A DNA stretch of 62,702 bases, filler included, from Klebsormidium nitens (Eukaryota; Plantae; Klebsormidiophyceae), in assembly GCA_000708835.1 (NCBI GenBank). It is 5 parts of 5 records of this genome, joined end to end, with 100 filler letters (N's around TTAATTAATTAA, not from the genome) between each part and the next. Parts side by side here need not be neighbours in the genome. Positions count along the whole stretch, not along the records: positions 7,841 to 25,178 come from DF237995.1; 4 more parts are not named here. One strand, written 5' to 3'. Below, piece by piece: positions 11,057 to 24,400 of the stretch (the stretch's first letter is position 1; each line of letters opens with the position of its first letter). Both the position numbers and the translations under genes were made by a program. The notes under the pieces were generated by a model that saw only the letters and a program-made list of their open reading frames with translations, was not told where the DNA came from and searched no databases.

Positions 11057-12959
11057 GTTTCACGTTATCTGGATACTGCTAAGATTTTTTTGACCATCCG
11101 AACGTCTCGATCCCAGATACCATGAATGACCACATTCAAAATCTATCGCGCGAACTCAAGATGGGTAGCAGCTTTTCACGGTGAAAAGGGTTATGAGAGC
11201 CTATAGAACCCGCCAAAAAGCAAGATGGCCACTCCATTTTCGTACGAAAANNNNNNNNNNNNNNNNNNNNNNNNNNNNNNNNNNNNNNNNNNNNNNNNNN
11301 NNNNNNNNNNNNNNNNNNNNNNNNNNNNNNNNNNNNNNNNNNNNNNNNNNNNNNNNNNNNNNNNNNNNNNNNNNNNNNNNNNNNNNNNNNNNNNNNNNNN
11401 NNNNNNNNNNNNNNNNNNNNNNNNNNNNNNNNNNNNNNNNNNNNNNNNNNNNNNNNNNNNNNNNNNNNNNNNNNNNNNNNNNNNNNNNNNNNNNNNNNNN
11501 NNNNNNNNNNNNNNNNNNNNNNNNNNNNNNNNNNNNNNNNNNNNNNNNNNNNNNNNNNNNNNNNNNNNNNNNNNNNNNNNNNNNNNNNNNNNNNNNNNNN
11601 NNNNNNNNNNNNNNNNNNNNNNNNNNNNNNNNNNNNNNNNNNNNNNNNNNNNNNNNNNNNNNNNNNNNNNNNNNNNNNNNNNNNNNNNNNNNNNNNNNNN
11701 NNNNNNNNNNNNNNNNNNNNNNNNNNNNNNNNNNNNNNNNNNNNNNNNNNNNNNNNNNNNNNNNNNNNNNNNNNNNNNNNNNNNNNNNNNNNNNNNNNNN
11801 NNNNNNNNNNNNNNNNNNNNNNNNNNNNNNNNNNNNNNNNNNNNNNNNNNNNNNNNNNNNNNNNNNNNNNNNNNNNNNNNNNNNNNNNNNNNNNNNNNNN
11901 NNNNNNNNNNNNNNNNNNNNNNNNNNNNNNNNNNNNNNNNNCAGGCCCTTGCATGTTTCACGTTATCTGGATACTGCTAAGATTTTTTTGACCATCCGAA
12001 CGTCTCGATCCCAGATACCATGAATGACCACATTCAAAATCTATCGCGCGAACTCAAGATGGGTAGCAGCTTTTCACGGTGAAAAGGGTTATGAGAGCCT
12101 GTAGAACCCGCCAAAAAGCAAGATGGCCACTCCATTTTGCTAGCAAAATACACTGGCTCTGGATACTGTGACTGGAGGTGTACAAAAATGAGAAATGAGG
12201 AATTTTAGCACGTTCCCGTTATCTGGGCGACGTTTTTACAAAGGCTTCGTGAGCCACTCGAGCCTTAAGCGGATTTGCAAGCATCTCGAGCCCCAAAAGC
12301 GGCTCGTTGTCGTCCCAAATGATACTTGGAGCACGACTCGAATAGGACGGGAAAATTGCTCTTGGTGTTGTGCGAATTTTGGGAGATGACGCATCCGTAT
12401 CATGCTCGTTTGCATGTGTCGTTTTGACTGGCAACTTCTGTGCACGGCGTCGTGCTTGAGTTGCGCGATTCAAGGCGCTTCGCCAACTCACTTTCACAGC
12501 GTACGGCCCGTTCAACCCCGACTTATCCCAGAAGGCATCAAAACCCTCGGCAATCAATGATCGCACGAGCGCTCTGGTTATTTGACCTGGGTCATGCGGT
12601 TCGGTAAGCGCTCGCATGCCGCCAAGAGCGGCGGCGTCCAAAATGGTCCCAAGTAGACCAAATTCACAATAACATCTAACAATCGCGGACTTTGCACTCT
12701 CCAAGACGGCTTTGTCCATCTGAAGAATTGCAAAATGGCATGAAGGGCGGTGCCCAAGGATCGCATCCATTTGAACCGTGAAGTATCCTTTGCAAAGAGA
12801 ATTAACAGGGTATCATTGCACACGAGCAATCCTCTAGGTATATCTGACGCACCACCTGAATTTAGCAAGCTTCAAATAATTCCGTCTTGAATAGTCTCAT
12901 GCACAGCGCATATGAGTGTCCATCAAGTTCATGCAACGTTTGAGCACGATTTTCGCAAA

Positions 12960-13890
12960 ATGGGCTGTCAATTTGCACCCTCATGTTAAACAAAGAAGTT
13001 TTAAAAGCAGTGCAGATTGACCGTTTGCTTTGCTGGTCACTGCTTCAACCGACCAAAGAAGTGACCAGCATGGAGTCGACAATCTGCACTGCGGTGCTAT
13101 ACAAATAAGCTTTTGAAACAGTGCAGATTGACAAGCATTTGTACCATAAAGTACAACGCCGGTCAAGAAAGTGTCCGGCATGGGGCGGTCAATTTGCACC
13201 CTCATGCTATACAAGGAAACCTTTACAACAGCGCATATTGACGGCTTTGCTCTGTTTCATTGCAAGTTGTTGAAGGAGTGATCGGCATGGGGCGGTCAAT
13301 TTGCACCCTCATGCTATACAAGGAAACCTTTACAACAGCGCATATTGACGGCTTTGCTCTGTTTCATTGCAAGTTGTTGAAGGAGTGATCGGTATGGGGC
13401 CGTCAATCTGCACCCTCATGCTGAACAAAGAAGCTTCAAAAACAGTGCAGATTGACGGCTTTGCTCTAGCTCCTACAACATCGTTGAAGAATTGACCGGC
13501 ATGGGCTCGTCAATTTGCACCACCATGCTACACAAAGAATCCTTTGCAACAGTGCAGATTGACAAGCATTTGTACCATAAACTACAACGCCGGTCAAGAA
13601 AGTGTCCGGCATGGGGCGGTCAATTTGCACCCTCATGCTATACAAGGAAACCTTTACAACAGCGCATATTGACGGCTTTGCTCTGTTTCATTGCATGTTG
13701 TTGAAGGAGTGATCGGTATGGGGCCGTCAATCTGCACCCTCATGCTAAACAAAGAAGCTTCAAAAATAGTGCAGATTGACGGCATTGCTCTATCTCCTAC
13801 AACATCGTTGAAGAATTGACCGGCATGGGCTCGTCAATTTGCACCACCATGCTATACAAAGAATCCTTTGCAACAGTGCATATTGACGGC
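12960..13890. repeat. Tandem array of nine 107-111-bp units, each with inverted 12-bp boxes; 324-bp higher-order period
   Basis: GTCAAT(T/C)TGCAC-like boxes start at 12967, 13078, 13188, 13295, 13402, 13509, 13619, 13726 and 13833. Each is followed ~30 bp later by G(T/C)GCA(G/T)ATTGAC. Three consecutive units recur 324 bp apart. Confidence 0.95.
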
Positions 13891-14146
13891 TTAACTCGTA
13901 CTTTCTTAGAATAGTGTTTCTTACGAGCAGAGCACGGCGTTCTTTTTGGGCAAATCATGCGAGCATAGGCGAAGCGGCCGGCCTCATTGCAACAACCTTT
14001 ATTGTTATCATGATTCTCCAAACCAATGTATCCGTCTGATTACAGTGCAATAAACATGAAGACCAATAATAAATATGGTCTTCTTAGACGCTATCAACAC
14101 TCGGAGACATTGCAACTTGACTCACTCCTGACCTACAGCACAACCT

Positions 14147-17100
14147 CTATGGGCCACTACCCCTCAGCACGATCATGCACTCAGGGCTAGCGACCGTCTC
14201 TGGAGTAGACCAACCGTACCGCTCATGCAGACTCAACCAGATGGCAGGCGTCAACACGTGGGGATTTTTGAATTTGCCGCCGCCCTTTGAGCCCATACGT
14301 AGCTCGATCCCGAGGCCCGCCCTGAGCACGTTGCCCACTGCATTCCGCTTCTGAGCCTTCTTCTCTCTCACTTTCCCATCGGCAGCCTTCGACGGCCAGG
14401 TGGTCTGCTGCACAAAGCCGAACATGTTGAAGATGGTCTTCAACCAATCCTTGCTGGGCCCGATAAGCTTAGCATAGGCGGCCTGCACCCGCTCATCCGA
14501 GACCTCCCACCGCTCCGCCCGATGATCGAGCTGCTCCTCCTTGCAGTCCACGAGGAAGGCGAGGACGCGCACCGCAAACGGCACACGATTGACAGGTTCG
14601 CGCACTTCTTGAACGTACTCCTGAATCACGCCCTCCCTGTTGACCTGCCCGAGTGCCCTGTCCAAGTCCGCGGTGAGGGCGCCGAAGCGGTGCTCGCGAA
14701 ACCTGTGCAAGTCACAACAAAAGTCAGAAGGCAGCCAACATAACACTTTGAGACGTACAGGGGCACTGCAGCTTGAAGGAGAAAGATGGAGGCCAGTAGA
14801 TTGGCCCAGGACAAACGTTGCAAAACTCCGACAGAGGCTGCAGTTTCGGAGAGAACCAATTGTTGACTTCCATTGGAAGTTGATGGTGGCAAGATGGCTT
14901 CGGTCACTGGTTGAGACTAGGCAGGGAGGGGAAGCGCAGCTAAGTGAGGCGCTCACCTGAGATAGTTTACGTGAGCCTCTCTTGTCTCCTTTGCATCCTT
15001 CTCGTCGGAGCAGTAGCTGATGTAGAAGTTGTGATCAACTCGGCCAGGGTCGACCTTGTACTCCTTTGTGACCATCTCGAACAAGAAGGTCTGGAGCTCC
15101 TGTCTCGAGCTCAGGTCCTCCGGCCTTTCGCACATGATCTCGTACTCCTCCGAGCTGATGATGTACTTCGCGCGCCACTCTTCGTCGGTCAGAACCTCTG
15201 GCTCCGCATCGAAGCCGAGGGGTACCTCCGGGGGCGGGGTCCCGAGGCCGCCCTGGAGAGAAAGTGGTGGGACAGCCGATCATTCAGCTGTAGGAGACAA
15301 ACAGCAGTAGGGTGGACACTGGAGCTTTTAAAAATCCTGCTGCGTCCTAAGCACGGCCCCAAAAGGCCCCCAAACCAGGCTCAGAACAAACCCGGAATCA
15401 GCCTAACCACGGCGCAAAGTCAGCCTGACCGCGCCCCGGATCAGCTTAAAGCATGGCCCCAAACCCAGCCGCAAACCAGGCCCAGAAGAAACTCGGAACC
15501 AGCCTAAACCAGCCCCCCAACCAGCCTGACCGCGCCCAAGACCAGCTTGATTGCGGGTCCAAAAGTAGCCTCGAAAGCAGGCCACAGCAGATCCGAACCA
15601 GCCTGACCGGCGCGCCCTCAGAATCAGCGTGACTGCGCCCCCAAATTAGCTTGTTAACGGGCCCGAAACCTGCCCCGAACCAGACCTGAAGCGGACCCGG
15701 AACCAGCCTCACTGCGGCCACCAATCAGCCTGAAGCCCCAGCCCAAACAGCTTGACCGCGCCCCGAAATCAAGCCCACACCAGACCAAAAACAAGGCCCA
15801 CAGCAGACGCCAAAACAGCATGACCTTGGCCTAAGATCACGCTGACCGCGACCCAAAGAGCAGTCCGTTAGCTTGACCCTCCTCGAGCCTACTTGATCAT
15901 TGCAACCGAAATGGCCACAGTTTGACGGACTTGACAATCTGCACCTTCTAAAAGACTTGATTGTAAAGAACAACCTGTGCAAATTGTCGACCAAGCCATG
16001 CCGGGCGCTTTTCAGTTTTCGCCTCACTACTTGGCAATCTCACCGTTGGCTCGACGTGCTCGACCGTCACCTCGTAACCCTGCTTTTCAAGGTCGGCCTT
16101 CAGCTTCGGCACGTACTCCAGATAGCTTTCCACCTTGGCGAGGATGTTGTTTGCGAACAAGACGCAACTCGCTGAGGAGCGGTCGCAGATGCCTTGCGAG
16201 CCCTTCAGAAACTGGAAGCCGGCCGCGTCCCCGAGCATCTCGACAATGTGCTTGTCGTCCCGCTCGATTGCCCGAAAGACCGCCTCTGTAGAGCGCGGCA
16301 GGTCCACTGCAGTGCTCATCGCCTGCTTGTAGTAGATGGTGGAGTGAGTGACCGTGCGAAAGCGTGCATGCTGCTGGAGCAGCGTCTCAACAGTAGGACC
16401 GTCGAGTCTGTTGAAGGCGAAGGCGACCGTCTGCTCAGCGTACGGCCTCTCTTTCGAGACCCCTGGGCCCAGCTTCGGAGAGAAGGCCACGCAGTCCGCC
16501 TCAAGGTAGATGTCGGACTCGGCCATCGCCTTCTGGAAGAAGTCCTCGTCAGCTTTCGACCGCTTGTCTGCGTGCAGGAAGATGCCGCGCCGATCGGACT
16601 CGGAGGGTGGAAATTCGGCGTTGAAGTGGCGTTCGAGCTCTTTCACAAAGCGCTTAGAGGTCGAGGGGCACTGCGCAAAACAGCCAAAGGGATGGTTGTT
16701 AGCTTTCAGACCGCAAGGAAGAAAGCGGATGAAACAGCCGTTCTTGCGAAAACCAGCTTGCAGAGAACACATCGTGTAAGGCTTTGGCAGAGAGATGGGA
16801 CCGGCAATGCCCACTTGGGTTCCATCAACAGCAGATTCTAGAAGAAGAAGACAAGAAGACATGCAGACTTTGACAAAGACGCGAGAAAGAGACGATCCGA
16901 AGAACGTTTAGACTTGCAGACGACATCCAAGTGACCATCTGTACCACGCAAGCGCGAATAACGCAACAAGTGGAACCTCCAAAAAGCAAGCATCCCCTCC
17001 TCGTCTCAAACTCGCCCTCAAACTGTCCCTCGCCTTCACCAAAAATTGACCCCCTGCCCCAAACAAACTGCCCCGTTTCAAATCTGGCCCCCAAAATGGC

Positions 17101-20100
17101 CCATGTTACAAAACTGGCCCCCTAAACCTTGGACACCTAGTCGCTCACTTGAGAGGATCGCACCGACAAGACAAGATCAACCGCGCTGTGCACGTGGTTG
17201 ACAGTGCGTGAAGGGTCTCATGCAGGAACTCACGACGACTTTTGTGCCATGAGCGACGCGGTCCAGCACGTCCAGCACTGCGNNNNNNNNNNNNNNNNNN
17301 NNNNNNNNNNNNNNNNNNNNNNNNNNNNNNNNNNNNNNNNNNNNNNNNNNNNNNNNNNNNNNNNNNNNNNNNNNNNNNNNNNNNNNNNNNNNNNNNNNNN
17401 NNNNNNNNNNNNNNNNNNNNNNNNNNNNNNNNNNNNNNNNNNNNNNNNNNNNNNNNNNNNNNNNNNNNNNNNNNNNNNNNNNNNNNNNNNNNNNNNNNNN
17501 NNNNNNNNNNNNNNNNNNNNNNNNNNNNNNNNNNNNNNNNNNNNNNNNNNNNNNNNNNNNNNNNNNNNNNNNNNNNNNNNNNNNNNNNNNNNNNNNNNNN
17601 NNNNNNNNNNNNNNNNNNNNNNNNNNNNNNNNNNNNNNNNNNNNNNNNNNNNNNNNNNNNNNNNNNNNNNNNNNNNNNNNNNNNNNNNNNNNNNNNNNNN
17701 NNNNNNNNNNNNNNNNNNNNNNNNNNNNNNNNNNNNNNNNNNNNNNNNNNNNNNNNNNNNNNNNNNNNNNNNNNNNNNNNNNNNNNNNCACTGCGGCGCG
17801 GAAGCATTCGTGCAGCCCGCTTCCCATTGGAAAGATGCGGATGGTCGCCTGTCTCTCGGCCGGGTACAGGCCCGTGTTTCGGATGGTGTGGAGCACCCCA
17901 TCCGGCCGCGCCATGAAGAGGTACTCCATCACCCGTGCGCAATCGATGTCGGCGTCCATGCCTATGATGACCTTTGACCCCGCCACGGCCGCCTCTAGGC
18001 AGGACAGCACCCGGCCCCGTTGACTCATGACTTCGGAGTTGAGGTTCGTGAGCACCATGTTCATCTCGTCCATCGCAACGACGTCCATCCGGACGCGCAC
18101 GCGATGGATGGAGTTGATGCAGATGACGACACGAGAGGCGGTGATGGGCCCCGGGGGCGCCTCCAGGTAGAGCACCACGCCTTCCACGCCCGCGTCCACC
18201 AGGTCCTGGTGGTACTTGCTGGATAGCGAGACGTTAGCCCCGATCAGGACGAAGCTGAGGCCGGGGTTCCTCCTGGCCACGGCCACCAGCCAGGCCATGA
18301 AGGCCTTCGACTTCCCGACCCCCTTCTTGGCCAAGATCAGGATCGTGCGCTTGTGCACGTGAGCGAGCTCGAACACGGGATAGGGGCGCATTCTCAAATT
18401 CTCCTCGTAGTCCTCCGTCCATCCCAGCGTGGTAAGAACGTCCAGGGGCAGCACCCGGCACTCGCCCCTGCAGAGAGCAAACAAGAGGCGCTCTCAACAT
18501 CATGCCAAGCACCAACGCCATGGGGGGTCCTGGCTTGTCAATCAAAGTAAACGGGCCGCATCCAGTCTAACGGGCCCTCAAAAGACAGCTTGACTGCGAC
18601 CCCTAACCTAGCCGAGTTGCGGCTTCGAATAAGGCCCACGGCAGCTCAAAACCAGCCTGACTGCAGCCTCCCCGATTCAACCTCACCACGCCCCAATGAA
18701 AGCTCGACCACGCCCCCAACCAGCCTGACCGCAGCCTTGAACTCAAGCCCACAGCAGACCCGCAACCGGGCCCACAGCATAGGCAAAACAGCCTGATCGT
18801 GGCCTGAACTCAAGACCGCAACCCCGAACCAGCTTGACTGTAGCCTCTAAGCCTAAGCTCACAGCAAACCCATCTCCAGCCTGGCCGCGGCCCAAAAGAG
18901 TCAGCACCATCCTAAATTAATGTGAAAAAACGACATGTGCAAGTTGACGCTATCCTGAAGTACAGAGTCGATCCAACTCAAAGAGCCTGACAAATTGCAC
19001 CGACTTACAAGGGTTGATGTAAAGAACGGCCTGTGCAGATTGACAACCGGGCCATGCCGTGCGCTTTCCTAAAGTACAGAGCCGATCCAACTCAAAAGNN
19101 NNNNNNNNNNNNNNNNNNAACCTGACAAATTGCACTGACTCACAAGGGTGGATGTAAAGAACGGCCTGTGCAAATTGACAGCCGAGCCATGCTTGCTGCT
19201 TCTCCGATATCGGTCTTAGTCAAAAACCTTGACAATCTGCATCGCTTGAAAGGCTTGAATGTAAACACCCCTGTGCAAATCGACAGCCTAGGGCCATGCC
19301 TGATGCTTTTTCGAGCTGCTGAAGCCGGTCAATCGTGAAAGAGCTTGACAATTTGCACCACCTTCTTGACTTTAATGTATAGAACGACTCGTGCAGATTG
19401 TCGGCCAAGCCATACCGGGAGCTTTCCATGTTTCGGCTCACTACAAGGGCGCCTCACCTGCAGCTGTTGGCAAAGCACTGGTAGCGGGCGATGCGCGGCT
19501 CGTCCCGCTTGTAGATCAGGTACGGGTTTTGGTTGCCGGGGGACGTGTGGCGCCTGCCAGCGATGACGCATGAGGGATCGGGCGTCCGGAAGTGGACGAA
19601 GAAGAGCCCCGGCCGCTCCTGCACCACCCGGTCGATCTCGGCCCCTGCGTGGTCCTCCTGGTAGCGGGCGAGGAGGACGGCCCGCTCCTGCTCGGAGAGG
19701 TCCTCCCCGGGCCCCTGTGAGGCGCTCGCCTTGTCGAGGGTGAGCGCCCTCTGCCGGAAGGCCCCCACGCGGGGCGGGACAGGGGGCTGGCGCGGCTCGG
19801 TCGCCCACTCTCCGAGAAGGTGGGCGCTGATCTCGGTGGAGCCAGCCAGCTCCGCTTCCGAATAGAGGCAGACTAGGTGGTCAGCGATTGCCTCGGAGCT
19901 GCCCTCGGAGGGGAGGAGGGCGCGAAGACGGTCTCCGAACTTGGAGGACTTGAGCAATCGGAAGCAGCGGTGGCGCCCGTAGATGGACCCGTCCCAGATG
20001 TAGGCGGATCCACCGTCCTTCCGCAGGAGCTCAACACACGGCTTCAGGTCGTCCGGGGGACTCTCCAAGAAGCACCCGAAGGCCTTCCCGAATGCCCTCC

Positions 20101-21448
20101 TGTCTTGCAGCCCCCTCAGGTAAAAACCCTCCAGCACCTCGTGCACGCTGAATTTGAACTCTTGCTTCGGGGGCCGAGCTGGACCGTGCGCCTCGCAAGC
20201 TTGGAAACGGAGCACACCCTCGGGGACGTTCAGCACCGAGGTTAGGAACCGGTCCCTGACCAGGTGGAAAGCTCCCAGACGCCGTTTGAAGTCGCTCGGG
20301 TCCTCGGTAGGGAGCGAAAGGTCCAGGTCGAAGTAGATGCGCCAGCAGGCATCGTCCTGGATGAGCTCGTACAGGTGCGCGGACAGCCCGAGCGACCTCC
20401 GGTGCGCCAGCAAGGCAGCGACATCCTTCAAGCTGCCGTAGCGCTTGGCCCCCCCCTCGTGCACATCCTCCGCCACGACGATTGCCCGCCCGTTTGCCCG
20501 CCGTTGCCGGAGCGCCTCCTCCAGCTTCTTGCACCAGCCGGGCCCGCTATCTTCGACCGACGCAACCTGAGGGGGATCCCCAGGCAGCTGCGCGGGCGGC
20601 TCTGTGGGCGGAAGTGCGGACGACGGCTCTGCGGACGGCTCCGCTGCAGTGGGCTGACATGGCTCCGCTGCCGGGGGCTGATTTGGCGAGTCGGGCGCTT
20701 GCGCCCGGTCGACGGGCGCCTGCTCCTGGTGGGCAGGGGAAGGGGAACGGGCGACTGCTGGGGGCTGACCGGGGACCACCTCGGGCCGTGGATTTTCGTC
20801 AGGGAGCGGGGCTATGACGAAGGGCTCCTGGGGCTGGTCATTGAGGGGGGGAGAGGGTGGGTGCCCGGCGTGATCGGGGGGCTCATGGGGCTGCGAAAGG
20901 GAAACAAAACCCGGATCCTCGTCGACGGGGGGCCGGTCGGCCGGCGGCGGCGGCGGCGACGGCGGGGCCCGTTCTTCCGCGACCGGTGAAGAGGGGGCTG
21001 CTGTGGGGGGCTGCGCTGCGCTTAGGGCGGGGTCTTCCTCCTGGGAAGGGAGGACGAGAGAGGGCAGAGGGGAAGAGGGGCTCGGGTCCTGGTCGATGGT
21101 GCGGGCCGGGGCATCCCCCGTCCCACGCGGAGCCCCTAGGGGTCGCGTGCGCCCGTAGCGTTTCAGCCACTCCTCTCGCGCGGCCACCTTCTCGGCGTCC
21201 CGCGTGGCTTGCAGGCGGTCAACCAGGGCTCCAACGTTAGGAATGGGAGCGTCAGTCACCAGATCCTGCAGCAATTTAAAGAGGGTTTGGATAAGCAACC
21301 AGAACCATGCCAGAAATCTTGTTTCTAAAGATGGCAGCATGCCAGACAGCAACCCAGGAAGACATATTGCCAGGCAATCTTTCACAACAAAGCGCGGGCG
21401 TTGCATGCTGTTTGTCAAAAGTCTGGGAGGGGGTGGTTGTGTACGCAC
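14147..21448 (-). CDS. Multi-exon AEP primase (NCLDV/herpes-type) fused to UL9-like origin-binding SF2 helicase; exon chain only partly resolved
   Basis: AEP motifs RIYFDLD, SVH, WDGSIY, FRLLKSSK and a C..H...C..C Zn finger. Splice 19458/18467 gives CFANSC-R-GECRVL in frame. Helicase: AKKGVGKS, VAMDEMN, AFSPKLGPGVS...LLQQHARFR. Further coding blocks at ~16860-16050, 15283-14953 and 14956-14147; gap at 17283-17788. Confidence 0.75.
15330..15890. repeat. Degenerate GC-rich short-period repeat (cagcctgaccgcgcccc-like) in an intron
   Basis: Motif recurs many times here, at 18580-18900, and as the reverse complement at ~29480-29960. Confidence 0.7.
18960..19420. repeat. Intronic copies of the 107-bp box unit in reverse orientation
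   Basis: ttgacaat(t/c)tgcac ... gtgca(a/g)at(t/c)gac ... gccatgcc units; also at 15920-16010 and ~24175-24240. Confidence 0.8.
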
Positions 21449-24400
21449 AAGCCAATCGCTTGCGCCTTAACCTTCACCTTAACCTTGATGTTGATCCTAA
21501 CCGTCACCTTAAGCATCGCATGGGGCCAACAGTAGCACAGTTCAGTCAGTTGCAAAAGAGGGGCCAGGAAGTTCTTCAAGGCAACTTACGACGGGGGCCG
21601 CATAAAGGGGGCCGCCAAAATCGCCCAGCTCGGTTTGATGTACGGCTTGCCCCTCGCGCTGCATTCTGGGGGCCCTCAATGCCCCAAGAGTTTGGCGATG
21701 AGCTTCAACAGCCGCTCGACCGGCCGCCCGAGCTGCCTCGTCCACTGGGACAGGGTTCGAATTCGCCCGTTTGCTGTGGAAGCAAAAGAAGAGGTCGGGT
21801 CAGTAGGGAAAATATCTGAGGATCTGCAGCACTGGTCGTTGACGGCTGGCGTGCTACTCAAGCTCTGGGGCAGTCTGATGAACCCCACCTCTATACAAAG
21901 GGGTGCCCTTGCCATCCGCAATCCTTAAGGTGCACCAACTGAATGCGTTGAGGGCACACGAGTCGAGCTTGTGTGTCAAAAATTAGAAAAACAAGCAATA
22001 AGCTGAGCCAAAAACCTTACCGTCGCTTCTTCTGCGCCGGCCCACCAGTCTTTGGCGCCACCGGCGTTGATGGCATAGCTTCGCTGTCCTCGTCCTGTAC
22101 CTGAAGGCCAACGGGTCGACAAACGAGTGAGCTTAGGGTGAGCATCCGCAAGTGCAGCAGTCAGAGCGTCGCTGGTGTGTATGATAGGCTGGAATTCGCA
22201 GAAGTGGAAGCAGGTCGAAGCCTACTTGGGTTGGCCGCTGTGAAGGACGGGATGCCAACGACCACTCCACGAATAATTGGGCGTCAGATGAGGGGCGTGC
22301 GTGTGGCACTGTTCTGGTGAGCTTAGCAACATGTGCGCACAGTGGTTCTACAAAGATGCGCAGATTCTGGTGAAACTCACCACTACCCCGATGTCTCCAG
22401 CGGATGGCGCCGTCGTCGACTCCAAAGCAGCCCCAGTCAAGGGCGCGCCATGCAACAGGAGGTCGGCTTGTACCCGTGGCTCCCTTGGAGGCACCTAATC
22501 ACAACCGGCAAGCAAAGGCTAAGTTTTGCCAAGGTATCGCTGGTCAGCCACACACAGCTCTCACTCAAAGCTCTCATCAAAGTTTGCTCGTGATTATGGA
22601 GTCAAAGCACAGGGACACCAGGGCTCTCTTTCTTTGGCGCAGATCACATTTTGAGTGCTCATCCATAAGGTATCGAACTTTACTTTGACAGGAGGAACTT
22701 AGACTTATCAAAGGACCCTGATAGTGACCTTGATCATGACCTTGTACGTCTCAAGCCTAATCATCTCGTTTCTGGTGACAGATGCTGATGTGATCAAGGT
22801 GGGCGGAGGCAACCTTACCGCTTGGAAGGGACCGTTGAAATCTTCAATCCCTGGAAGCGGCTCCCCGAACGGCTCCCCTTCTCGAGCATTGGCATCATCG
22901 CTGCAGCGGCAAGAAGCAACCGGTCCAGCCCTGGTTTTTCAACGCTATATGAGAGCATGCGCGAAGGCGAACCGGTTCGTGAGCCCAGAGCAAAGCATGC
23001 GACTAAGAACCACGATTGAAAACAGTTTCTCGCCCATGCTGAAGGACGTCTCAATTGTAGCAGATTCAGAAGGTGCAGTGAGGTAAGGCAAGGATAGAGC
23101 AGGGCCTCACGCTTCCAAGGCCTCCAGATCCGTAGGAGAGTCGTGTTGCACCGTTGGGGAGGGTGGGCCGAACATCTCCTCCTCTCTGGCCGCCCAAGCA
23201 TCTCTCTGCTGGTTGCGTTTTGCAAAGAAGTCGGCGACCACTCGCTCCTCCATTGCCCTGCGCTTACCGCGCCGGCTGCCCGCGCCCCGCTCGGACGATC
23301 CACCGAGGTCCTCTTCCAGCTCTTCCGCTTCCCTGAATACCGAGCAGAAAAAGAGCAGGATTAGAGGGTTGATTACCCACTTGTAATCAAGCCAATAGAT
23401 TCTCATGATGTACGAGTTCACTAAAACAACCACTCTGTGCGCACGGAGGTCCCTCCTAGCAACTGCCCAGCAAGCTTTGACGCCCGCCTTGGCAGGCATG
23501 TGCGTACCTAGAAGCCGGGCACATGTGCTTACTTTGCGCCAGCGCAAGCAGCGGGTTGGGGCACGCTGCCTGCAGCAAGTTCTACCGAGGCTCCGCTGGC
23601 AAGTTCTGAGATCTTAACGAGTCTCTTCCTCCTCCTCTTCGACGGTCCCGCTTCTGACGACACCTGCACACCATGCCCCTTTTCAGTAAAACTGGATGAT
23701 GCAGATTAGGCCCACAATCTGACCAGCTCACCTGAAGCAACGACCAAAACTTTGCAGCCTGGTCATGAAGCGCAGCTTGAAGGGATCTCCCACTCGTGGA
23801 GGAAAGTGCACTGAAGATGAGGGGGCTCTTACCTGCTCCGGCGGCCTTTTCGTGCTCACGTCGGATGCAGGCAGGTTCATCTGCGCCTCAGCATGTGCGA
23901 TCATGTCTGTAAGGGCGTCGTTGGCGTCAGAAGTTACGGCTGCTGCCTGCAAGCAGAAATAGAGAGTTACGTTCTGGAGCTTCCACATTCTGGCGGTCCC
24001 GCCTTGCAGGCTTTTGTTCAATGATTTTAAGCGGCCTAACAACATACATACGCTTTGAAGAGAGTAATCATGCAAGGGGTGTGGGTCGAATGAGTACCAT
24101 GGCATGCGCGGAGTCAATATAACACCTGCTCGCTGAATCAAAACCAAGGTCGTAGTATGGAAAGCGAAATGCCAGGGCTGTCAATTTGCTCCTCAGATTT
24201 TATAAAGTCAATTCTTCAAGCCAGTGCAAATTGACTCGACCCCTTTCCTCTGTCTTCTCCGTGCCCAGAAAGCCTTTGGACAGAGGCTGCCAGCCCACTT
24301 CTTGATTTCCGGGGCAATTGCCTGCCTGGCCTGGTCAACTGGTTCCGACACAGCAGTGTCATCCCTGAAGTTGACTGGAACACGTCAAAGGTTGCTCACA

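Noticed and set aside
11136-12023. Long ORFs made mostly of X (also at ~17.2-17.9, 26.8-27.2 and 40.3-41.2 kb)
   Set aside because: Artefacts of N-gaps.
11044-12140. ~200-bp direct duplication on either side of the 11251-11941 gap
   Set aside because: Near-identical contig ends with base-order swaps at the read end (cgtacg versus gctagc); most likely an assembly overlap rather than an att site or LTR.
12219-12770. 183-aa ORF as a fourth gene of the YR module
   Set aside because: No recognisable motif and no counterpart seen upstream of copy 1 within the window.
12960-13890. Possible CRISPR-like array
   Set aside because: Intervening sequences are homologous and recur with 324-bp periodicity rather than being unique spacers; no cas genes.
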